Shown piece after piece: positions 54,631 to 63,257 of a stretch of 64,000 nt of DNA (the first letter of the stretch is position 1; the number at the start of each line of letters is the position of its first letter). The notes beneath the pieces are model-generated. The model ran no database searches, was not told the DNA's origin, and worked only from the letters and a program-made list of their open reading frames with translations. Location: the NCBI GenBank assembly GCA_965644315.1, contig CBFFRQ010000089.1:830768-894767 (forward strand). The letters are read 5' to 3'. The position numbers were made by a program, and so were the translations under genes. Source of the stretch: Caecitellus pseudoparvulus (lineage: Eukaryota; Protista; Bigyra: Bicosoecida).

Positions 54631-57600
54631 ATGCGCCGCCTCGCCTTGTGCTTGGCACTGCTGGGCGCTGTGAGCACAGGCTACGGACTACAAGCTGCAC
54701 CTGCTCCATCACCGCCTTCCAGCTCTGGTGTAGCCCCTGAGGCTGGTGGAGACGCAGAGGCTGTGGACGATGACGCTGGCGAGTGCAAAGCTGCTCTTCG
54801 AGAAGCGCTGAGCGCTGCCGTGGGCCAGCCACACGCCGTTTCACATGGCGAGCTGTTTGACAGCATTCGTCTGTCCAGCATCGCCGCGGCTCGTTGTCGA
54901 GACTCGCCGCTGGCCCTGGGCACTGCCCTGGCCAAGCGGGCAGGGTCACTGTTTGAGCTGGGCGACGCCGTGCAGGCAGTGCACAACTCCTGGGCGGCGC
55001 TGGGGGCGACAGGGGCCCTGAACTTCACGCACCAGACGCTGGCCAGTCACATGGCTGCCACATCGGACGCCGTTGACGCGGCAGGGCGCCTGGGCCGCAT
55101 GCAAGAGCTGAGCTGGATGGCGCGTGAACTGTTCAACCTGGGGCAGCAGCTCACCATCATCGGGCAGCACGACATCGGACGAGAGGCCCTGGCCGCCTCC
55201 CAGGACTTTTCCCTGCAGCGCTGGACCCTGCAGTCGGACCTGTACGCCCTGCGCCGGGCAGCCAAGCAGCCCGAGCTGGACCCAGCAGAGGCTGCACGGC
55301 GAGCGGTGGACCCTGCCACCCGTGCTGCACGAGCCCAGTCCAACCCAGTGTTCATGCTGCATGGCGAGCAGGCATCTGGGCCCCAGTCTGAACACCGGAC
55401 GTGGCAGGGCAAAGGACGAGGCACACCTGTGAGTCGGTTCGCCCCGCCGCCCCGCAGCCTGGTGCGAGACGTGCAGGCCGTCGCTGCGGCGCAAGGGGGA
55501 GACGGGGTGGCGTGGGATGCGGACGAGGGCCTGGTGTCTGTGACTGCCTTTTCTCGAGCTCAGTGGGGGCAGGGCTACGGGCGTGAGCTGGACCAGCTCG
55601 TGCTGCCGCCCCTGTCGCCTGACCTGACCACGTCCGCAGCGAAAGCCGTGACAGGGCAGGGCCCGCTGCCTGCCGCCGCCGACGAAGTGCCAGCCGCCTG
55701 GCAGTGGGGCGCCACGGCAGACAGCACCAGTGCGCGATACTGGGAGCCGGAGATGTTCGTGGCGGAGTTTGAAAACGTGTTCGTGGAGGGGCCCAGTGGG
55801 GTCGTCTACGACAACTACCGCGTGTACCTGAACAGCCACTTGGAGCAGGTGCCTCTGGCAAAGGACTTTGTGGGCGACGCAGGCACAGGGGCCGGCACGT
55901 CCCGCCCCCGGGAACTTGTCCGTGTCGCCACTGGCGTCAGCCTCGTGCAGTACAAGCACAACAACTACTTCCACTTTGTCGCGGAGGTGCTGCCGCGCCT
56001 CTTTCTGGCGCTGCAGCACGTGACTGGTGGCAACACACGCAGCCGCCACACGCCCCCTTCCATGCTGAGCCGCCCAAAGTACATTGTGCCCATGGGCCCA
56101 CCCTTCATCGGCGGCTTCATTGACCTCATGGGCATCGGAGTCGAGGACATGGTGGTGTACCACCCAGACCACACCGTCGTTCACGCCGACCAGCTGTTCG
56201 TCGGCGACTGGAGAGCCAGTGTAAAGTGGGCACCTGCTGCCCCCCTCGGTGTCGCTTCCTCAAACCATTCACACCTGCCTTCCATTGGAGCCTCGAGCGT
56301 AGGCGCGAATGGCGAGCCCAGTGTTGTGGACGCCTTTCCCGTGGAGCTTGCACGGAGAGCCCTGGACCCCTCTTCCATTCAGCATGCAGACCCTTGGCTG
56401 TTGGGTGCAGGTGCTGAGCGGGCACGGCAAGGCGACACAGCCGAGTATACCCACGCCACCATGCACCACGCCCTCGCCCGCCAAGCTCGGCAGGGCAGGT
56501 TTGAAGATGACATGCGCGCAGTGCACGACAAGCGGGACATTACTCATCTACCCCCTCGCACACTCCTGCAGCAAATCCGCAAGCACTTTGCTAAGGTTCT
56601 GCTTTCTTCCCCACCCGACAAGTTTGCAGTGGACACAGCCTCGGAGCTCGCAGGCCTTGAGGCCGGTGCGCTCGATGCCGCCAAGAGCCACGGGAGCTCG
56701 GAGAAGAAAGTGAAAAAGCGAACGCGCAAGCTGAAGCGCAAAGTGAAGCGCAAAGTTCGCAAGGCAAAGAGCTCCAAGCAGGCGTCGGCGAGCCGCTCTG
56801 ACAAACCAGGGGATGCGCCACACCAGACGTACGCAGGCTTCTCAAGCCCCTTCCTGTGGAGCAACGGCAGCGTGCTTGCGTATCCACCCATCAAAACAGT
56901 GCTACTCTTGCAACGGAAGCCAGGCTTCCCTCGACGCTTCCATGACCCCGACGGCGTCCTCGAGACGGTGGCAGCATATTTCTCTGCCGCTGCCGAGGCG
57001 CAACATGGGGAGGTGGCCAGCATGACTGTTGTGAGGGAGGCAACTGCAGCTGCTGTGTCTGAGTTGAACGCGGCCCTGGCCTCGAACTCTGCACATGAGG
57101 AGCTTTTCGAGACGGCAAAGTCTGGCGGCGTGCTCCACCTGCGCAGCTGGCTTCAGCAGCAGCACAAGGAATCGCTCAATCGAACCCTGGCGAATGAGAT
57201 GGCAAGTGCTGCAGCATTGAAGGACCTTGATGCTGGTGGTGAAGTAGTGTTCAGTGCAGTCCCAGCGGTTGCCCAGCACATAACGTTGGTCCAGCTGGAC
57301 CCGTCCAACGTCGACCTCCCCGCGGCGCTGAAACTGTTCCAGCAAGCAGATGTCGTCATTGGCGCGCACGGCGCCGCCCTCGCAAACGTGCTCTTCTCGC
57401 CCCCTTCCACATCAGTGGTCGAGTTTGCGTTGCAAGAGGGCACGTTCAGACAGTACGCGCACCTCTGTGCCGCCCTCGGGCTGGACTACTGGGCTGTCAC
57501 CCCCCCCGTCGACGCCCCCTCGGAACTGGCCCCACAGTCCAAGCATGCAGCGGGGGAAGTGCAGCGTGACCCGCACACCCCACCTGAAGCGCATGAACTG

Positions 57601-57792
57601 TGGGACCTGCTCCTGGATGACCCCGCCCCTGTCCGGCCAGTGGCGTATGAAGATGAGACCCACACGAGTACGACCCAGCTTGAGCAAGCCCTGGCCGCAG
57701 TGATCAGCAGCCGCGCGAGGAAGAACCAGCAAGCGCAGGACTTTGCGTTCGAGGCCCGCAGAGAGCTAGTGCTGCGGGGCCTGCTTGGTTGA
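54631..57792 (+). CDS. GT61/DUF563-family glycosyltransferase with signal peptide and TPR-like N-terminal helices
   Basis: Signal peptide MRRLALCLALLGAVSTGYG. Motifs NNYFHFVAEVLPRL and LFQQADVVIGAHGAALANVLFSPPSTSVVEF...YAHLCAALGLDY. Confidence 0.82.
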   Translation: MRRLALCLALLGAVSTGYGLQAAPAPSPPSSSGVAPEAGGDAEAVDDDAGECKAALREALSAAVGQPHAVSHGELFDSIRLSSIAAARCRDSPLALGTALAKRAGSLFELGDAVQAVHNSWAALGATGALNFTHQTLASHMAATSDAVDAAGRLGRMQELSWMARELFNLGQQLTIIGQHDIGREALAASQDFSLQRWTLQSDLYALRRAAKQPELDPAEAARRAVDPATRAARAQSNPVFMLHGEQASGPQSEHRTWQGKGRGTPVSRFAPPPRSLVRDVQAVAAAQGGDGVAWDADEGLVSVTAFSRAQWGQGYGRELDQLVLPPLSPDLTTSAAKAVTGQGPLPAAADEVPAAWQWGATADSTSARYWEPEMFVAEFENVFVEGPSGVVYDNYRVYLNSHLEQVPLAKDFVGDAGTGAGTSRPRELVRVATGVSLVQYKHNNYFHFVAEVLPRLFLALQHVTGGNTRSRHTPPSMLSRPKYIVPMGPPFIGGFIDLMGIGVEDMVVYHPDHTVVHADQLFVGDWRASVKWAPAAPLGVASSNHSHLPSIGASSVGANGEPSVVDAFPVELARRALDPSSIQHADPWLLGAGAERARQGDTAEYTHATMHHALARQARQGRFEDDMRAVHDKRDITHLPPRTLLQQIRKHFAKVLLSSPPDKFAVDTASELAGLEAGALDAAKSHGSSEKKVKKRTRKLKRKVKRKVRKAKSSKQASASRSDKPGDAPHQTYAGFSSPFLWSNGSVLAYPPIKTVLLLQRKPGFPRRFHDPDGVLETVAAYFSAAAEAQHGEVASMTVVREATAAAVSELNAALASNSAHEELFETAKSGGVLHLRSWLQQQHKESLNRTLANEMASAAALKDLDAGGEVVFSAVPAVAQHITLVQLDPSNVDLPAALKLFQQADVVIGAHGAALANVLFSPPSTSVVEFALQEGTFRQYAHLCAALGLDYWAVTPPVDAPSELAPQSKHAAGEVQRDPHTPPEAHELWDLLLDDPAPVRPVAYEDETHTSTTQLEQALAAVISSRARKNQQAQDFAFEARRELVLRGLLG

Positions 57793-59722
57793 TGCCAGTG
57801 TGGCACCTGCAGGATGTGTTTCAATGCAGCTGGTTGGTGAGGGAGTCCCTGAGCGGTGAGGACCTCCGCAAGAGAGTATCAGATGGGCGCTTGCAGCGGC
57901 AAGAAGTGTGGTTCAAATGATTGCTGCGCTGCAGGTGCCTTGCTCTTTGTGGTGGGTCAAGCAGCGTGGTCGTTTGCCATGCTTGAACCGTGTGGAGGCA
58001 TCGGGGGGCAGCAAGGAAGCTCTGGGGTGTGCTTTGGTCTTGTGGTCTGTGAAAGATGCTGGTATGAGTGGAATGTAGCCTGTGGCTAGGCAACAAGTGA
58101 GTGGAACAGGTTTCAGCGTGTGTTTGAGATAAGAGGCGGCACGGGAGAGCACGATGCCTTGCCCAGCGCTTGGTGAACTTGGTAACTTGTGGCAATGGCT
58201 GGTTCGGCACCGAAGGAATGCAGTTTTCCGGTCAGTGACGGTTGCTAGAACATTGCTGGAGCGGCCGTGTAGTTTGGATGAATGCCCGGTATTCACCCGT
58301 CGAAAGGGTTGCTGGATTGTCCGAGTGCATTCAGAGCTGGGAATTCATTATCCATGACACAGCATCAGAGACTGACGTAAAAGAGGTAAGTTGTCCCGTT
58401 GAGAGCGTCATCAGTCGGGTGAAGATTGAGGCAGTGCGAGTGCTGAGATGAAAGGATTACACCAGTACGAAGGCAAGTGGGTAGGCGACGAACTCCAGGC
58501 GAAACACTTTAAAGTGATCGTCATAAATACAACGAGTCACAAGTAATATGTAGTTTAGATTATCTCATGTCACGTTTCTTGCAAATCACCGTCTTCCTGC
58601 TTGTCTGCAGCCCCGTTTTCGTCCGGAGTTTCGTGAACGTTTCGTGGACGGTGTGAGATTCGGAATGGCTGCCAGAATGAGTGCACGCGGTGCTATCTGT
58701 ACAGTTGATCGCTGCTGTGCCTAAATATGATGTGTGCACTGATTTGGGCTGTGAACTATGCTACAGGGCATTGTCTCTGCGCTGTTGGAGATGTGCCTGC
58801 CTCAGCGGGTGGGCCTGAGCTCGCCTCGTTTGTGTCACTTGGACGTTTATTGTAGGTTCATTGCTGCCGCCAAAAGGCTGGCACAGTGCGGTACTCCCGA
58901 GTGGACTGTAGTGTTTACGCACAGGGGCTTGGGTGTGCATGTCTTCCGAGGTGTTGTGTCGCCTGGAGGCTGAGAAGCAGTCTTGCAGGGGGGAGTGTGA
59001 GGCGCTGCACCCTCTTGCATGCGATGAACGGGCACTACCCCCGAAAAAGACGCAACCCAGCAACTGTGGAGGGTTTCACTCAAATGAGGCCGCCTCTCAG
59101 CGCCAACTGGCCACGGCGTACTGTGGTGACCTCGGTTGCTGCTCCGGCCAGCTATGTCAGCGATTCAGCAATCTTCAGGCAGCTGGCCTTCACAACGAGA
59201 CAAACATTCACTTGAAAGTGGGTTGCGGAGGAAGTTGAACAAATGAGCTACATGTTTCGTTCCAGGCAGACTATGCACTGTGGAAGGACCGCACAGCATC
59301 ATCATGGCGACGCGGCTCGGTTGTCTCATGCACTTTTGTCAAGCCCCTCTGACTGCCAACTTCTGCAGTGGTCCTGCTTCGTCCCAGCATTTTCTGCCAC
59401 AGGGATGGCCAATACCAACGCGAGACCAGGACTTCTCATTCTTTTGGCCTGTCGCTTCGTTCAGCCCGCACTTGCCGTTCGCGGCCACTTGCACAACGGT
59501 GGCGTTGCCTCTTATGGGGGTGGGGCGGCGTAAACTTGACAATCAAGTCATTGAAAGCAGCTGTAAATCAAATCAGTAAATATGTGAAACTTCCACATTG
59601 CTTCACGGTGCGCTTGTAGTGGTAGCAGCGGGTGCAGCGCGATTGTTGTGTGTGGCGTGGTGGGACGAAGTTGAAGTTCCGCACTTGCACTTTTGGGCAA
59701 GTAGATTGTGGGAGGCGACGCC

Positions 59723-62700
59723 ATGGATCTGCATGATCTTGCAGAGAACGGTGATGTAGCAGGTGTGCAGGCAAGGCTGCAGGCGGGGGCCGATGTGAGC
59801 GCGGTGGACATGTATGGCAAGACTCCACTGCACTGTGCCTGTATACGGGGTTGTGTTGAGGTGGTGCGGGTGTTGGTGGGAGCGGGGGCAGATGTGAACG
59901 CGGTGGACATGTATGGCGACACTTCACTGCACAAGGCCAGTAAACGCAAGGATGTGGAGGTTGTGCAGGTGCTGGTGGAGGCGGGGGCGGATGTGAACGC
60001 GGTGGACAGGTATGGCAAGACTCCACTGCACTGTGCCAGTGAACGCAGGGAAGTGGGAATGATGCTGGTGTTGGTTGGAGGGGGGGCGGATGTGAACGTG
60101 GTGGACAAGGGTGGGAACACTCCACTGCACAGTGCCAGTAATCACGGTCATGTGGAGGTGGTGCAGGTGCTGGTTGAAGGGGGGGCGGATGTGAACGCGG
60201 TGGACAAGGGTGGGAACACTGCACTGCACATTGCTGGTGAACGCAGTGATGTGGAAATGGTGCAGGTGCTGGTAAAAGGGGGGGCGGATGTGAACGTGGT
60301 GGCCAAGGGTGGCAACACTGCACTGCACAGTGCCAGTGCACGCATGGACGTTACAGCGGTGCGGGTGCTGGTGGAGGCGGGGGCCGATGTGAACGCGGTG
60401 GACATGTATGGCAAGACTCCACTGCACTGTGCCAGTAAACGCAGTGATGTGGAAATGGTGCAGGTGTTGGTGGAGGCGGGGGCAGATGTGAACGCGGTGG
60501 ACAAGGGTGGGAACACTCCACTGCACTGCGCCAGTAAAATTATGGACGTTACAGTGGTGCAGCTGCTGGTGGAGGCGGGGGCGGATGTGAACGCGGTGGA
60601 CAAGGGTGGGAACACTGCACTGCACATTGCTAGTGAACGCAGGGATGTGGAAATGATGCAGGTGTTGGTTGAAGGGGGGGCGGATGTGAACGTGGTGGAC
60701 AAGGGTGGGAACACTCCACTGCACAGTGCCAGTAATCACGGTCATGTGGAGGTGGTGCAGGTGCTGGTTGAAGGGGGGGCGGATGTGAACGTGGTGGACA
60801 AGAGTGGGAACACTGCACTGCAAAGTGCTAGTAAGAGCATGGACGCTACAGCCGTGCAGCTGCTGGTGGAGGCGGGGGCGGATGTGAACGTGGTGGACAA
60901 GGGTGGGAACACTCCACTGCACATTGCTGGTGAACGCAGTGATGTGGAAATGATGCAGGTGTTGGTTGAAGGGGGGGCGGATGTGAACGTGGTGGACAAG
61001 AGTGGCAACTCTGCACTGCACAAGGCCAGTTGGGAATGTCATCGTAAGGTGGTGCAGGTGTTGGTAAGAGCGGGGGCGAATGTGAACGCGGTGGACAGGT
61101 ATGGTGACACTCCACTGCACTGTGCCAGTGAACGCAGGGAAGTGGGAATGATGCTGGTGTTGGTTGGAGGGGGGGCGGATGTGAACGCGGTGGACAAGGA
61201 TGGGAACACTGCACTGCACAGCGCAAGTTGGCAAGGCCATGTAGAGGTGGTGCAGGTGCTGGTAAGAGCGGGGGCGGATGTGAACGCGGTGGACAAGGAT
61301 GGGAACACTCCACTGCACAGCGCAAGTTGGCAAGGCCATGTAGAGGTGGTGCAGGTGCTGGTGGAGGCGAGTGCGGATGTAAACGCGGTGGACAAGGCTG
61401 GTAACACTCCACTGCATACCCTCATGGCTGCTGTCGAGACTGCCCCGACCGTGTGCCGTGTCATTATCGCTGCCCTGAAGGAGGCAGGGGCCGACGCCAC
61501 CCTGCGCAACTCAGCCGGTCTGACCGCCGACCAAGTGGCTGAGCGCTTCTCTCTGGACACCAAGAAAGCCCTGGTTCCTACCGTTCGTGTAACGACGACT
61601 GTGCTCTTCTGGGCACTGCTTGGGGCTACCCTTCACTACTTCGACATTGTGTCTGACGCCCAGGTGGCGGCGGCGTTCTGGGCTGAGCAAAATTTTGTAT
61701 ACTTCTCACTGGTGATGGCAAGTGCGGGTGTGAGCAGTGTGTACATGCTGTACGTGCTGGTGGGGGACTGTCTGCGGCACGAGTCGCACACAGTAATGCA
61801 GCGGCTGAGCCCGCTGATTGGCTTGCTGCAGCTCATCCCAGCAGTGGAGGTTTGTCGTCTGGTGGCTTCGTGGGGAGGGGAGGCTCCAGACTATGACGCT
61901 TCGACTGAGGATTTGCGTGTGGTGGAGGTGGCGGTAGAGGCTGTGCCTCAGTTGGCACTGCAGCTGTACATTCTTGGTCTATTGGTGGAAGAGGGCGGTG
62001 TGGGGAGTCTGGGTTTGCTACTGGTGGTAAGTCTGACGGGATCGGTAGGAAGCATGGTGTACCAGTACGCAGGGGTGACCGACCGCCCACAGATTGGCAT
62101 GACAGTGCCGATGTGGGCGCGTTTCATGTTCGGCGTGTGTCGGGTGTGCATGCTTCTTGGTCGAGTGGTGTTTCTTGTGGCTCTGGGCCTTGCGACACGG
62201 ACATGGGGAGGGGTGTTTGTGTACTTGTGGGTGGAGACGTGGGTGGTGGGGATGGTGATGAACTGGCACACGTGGTCGTGCCGGCCGGCCGGGATACGCA
62301 AAGCGGATGTCGTTTGTGAAGGTAAGGGGTTCCAGTGCTGCTATCAGTGCACGGCGATGCTGTGCTATATGTCTCCGTGCTGCTCTTGCGTGCACTTCAT
62401 GCCGCCACTGAACAGGACAATGCTGAAGAACATCCTGGCCTGGAGTGCCTCTCTCATGGTGCCATTTGGCGGGGATCCGCGTGAGCTCATAGACGTGCCG
62501 TGGATGTTTGTGTCGGAGACCGAAGTAGCATGGTCCCAGCACCCTAGCTTGCTGCACCGCATTGTTGGGTCAGTTCGAGGAATCATGGGAGTTTTGATTC
62601 TGGTGGCATTGACAATCATGGTGGCTGTGGGGGAGGGCAGCTTTGACTGGGTGTGGCCGGCTGCGTGTGCTTTGGGTGTGTGGGGCATGGGTACGAGCGG

Positions 62701-62980
62701 AGCACTGTTAATGTCCTACATTGTGCTGGGAGAGGCACATCGATGGGAAACGACTGATCCAACGCTGCAAAGCCAGCTTGACGCTGGCCAGGGCGCCTCC
62801 CCGTCTCCCACATCCTCTGCATCTCCAACGGCTGAAAGGGGAAGTAAGGACCAGGTGCACACCATGGGAGGATCGGACAAGATTCGCAGCGGGGGGCAAC
62901 CATCTACCATTGATGAAAACCCACTTCGAGAGGTGAAGGTGGTGGGGTCGCCGTTGGCCACTGCTGATGGGTTTGAGTAG
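59723..62980 (+). CDS. Ankyrin-repeat protein fused to an XK-related (XKR scramblase-like) multi-pass membrane domain
   Basis: N-cap, 16 perfect 33-aa ankyrin repeats and a C-cap. These are followed by HYFDIVSD (first XK helix, D-x-x-[ST]-D), EVAVEAVPQLALQLYI (XK ExxPQ motif) and further TM helices. Intronless. Confidence 0.85.
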   Translation: MDLHDLAENGDVAGVQARLQAGADVSAVDMYGKTPLHCACIRGCVEVVRVLVGAGADVNAVDMYGDTSLHKASKRKDVEVVQVLVEAGADVNAVDRYGKTPLHCASERREVGMMLVLVGGGADVNVVDKGGNTPLHSASNHGHVEVVQVLVEGGADVNAVDKGGNTALHIAGERSDVEMVQVLVKGGADVNVVAKGGNTALHSASARMDVTAVRVLVEAGADVNAVDMYGKTPLHCASKRSDVEMVQVLVEAGADVNAVDKGGNTPLHCASKIMDVTVVQLLVEAGADVNAVDKGGNTALHIASERRDVEMMQVLVEGGADVNVVDKGGNTPLHSASNHGHVEVVQVLVEGGADVNVVDKSGNTALQSASKSMDATAVQLLVEAGADVNVVDKGGNTPLHIAGERSDVEMMQVLVEGGADVNVVDKSGNSALHKASWECHRKVVQVLVRAGANVNAVDRYGDTPLHCASERREVGMMLVLVGGGADVNAVDKDGNTALHSASWQGHVEVVQVLVRAGADVNAVDKDGNTPLHSASWQGHVEVVQVLVEASADVNAVDKAGNTPLHTLMAAVETAPTVCRVIIAALKEAGADATLRNSAGLTADQVAERFSLDTKKALVPTVRVTTTVLFWALLGATLHYFDIVSDAQVAAAFWAEQNFVYFSLVMASAGVSSVYMLYVLVGDCLRHESHTVMQRLSPLIGLLQLIPAVEVCRLVASWGGEAPDYDASTEDLRVVEVAVEAVPQLALQLYILGLLVEEGGVGSLGLLLVVSLTGSVGSMVYQYAGVTDRPQIGMTVPMWARFMFGVCRVCMLLGRVVFLVALGLATRTWGGVFVYLWVETWVVGMVMNWHTWSCRPAGIRKADVVCEGKGFQCCYQCTAMLCYMSPCCSCVHFMPPLNRTMLKNILAWSASLMVPFGGDPRELIDVPWMFVSETEVAWSQHPSLLHRIVGSVRGIMGVLILVALTIMVAVGEGSFDWVWPAACALGVWGMGTSGALLMSYIVLGEAHRWETTDPTLQSQLDAGQGASPSPTSSASPTAERGSKDQVHTMGGSDKIRSGGQPSTIDENPLREVKVVGSPLATADGFE
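59810..61393 (+). repeat. Coding tandem array of 16 x 99 bp (ankyrin units)
   Basis: Exact 99-bp period from ATGTATGGC at 59810 to GAC at 61393, with near-invariant anchors CACTGCAC and GGGGCGGATGTGAACG(C/T)GGTGGAC. Confidence 0.97.
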
Positions 62981-63257
62981 TGCACGGGAGCATCTTGTAT
63001 CCAACCCCACTCACCTCTCACTTGTTAATCGAGCGAAGTTTAGCTGTTCAATGCATTGCACTTCACCTCCACGCTTGCAACTTGCGCGGTTCGGCTTGGG
63101 TTAGCAATTCACAATGCATTTCACCTCAGCGTCGCTTGACACTGTACAGCTTGAGCGTCACACGGGCGCCCCACAATGCACCTCTGCACATGTAGGACGC
63201 CACAGCGGCTACCGCTTGGCGCGGATACGCAACAAACACAGGCTTGCACCCGTTATA

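Noticed and set aside
59810-61393. CRISPR-like or DGR-like reading of the conserved/variable periodicity
   Set aside because: The period is exactly 33 codons in an open frame and the variable parts recur between units. The changes are not adenine-specific, and no cas or reverse transcriptase gene is present.
59568-61417. Repetitive minus-strand ORFs (HVHIRP, PPRSHPPP, STAFTSAP repeats)
   Set aside because: Antisense translations of the ankyrin array.
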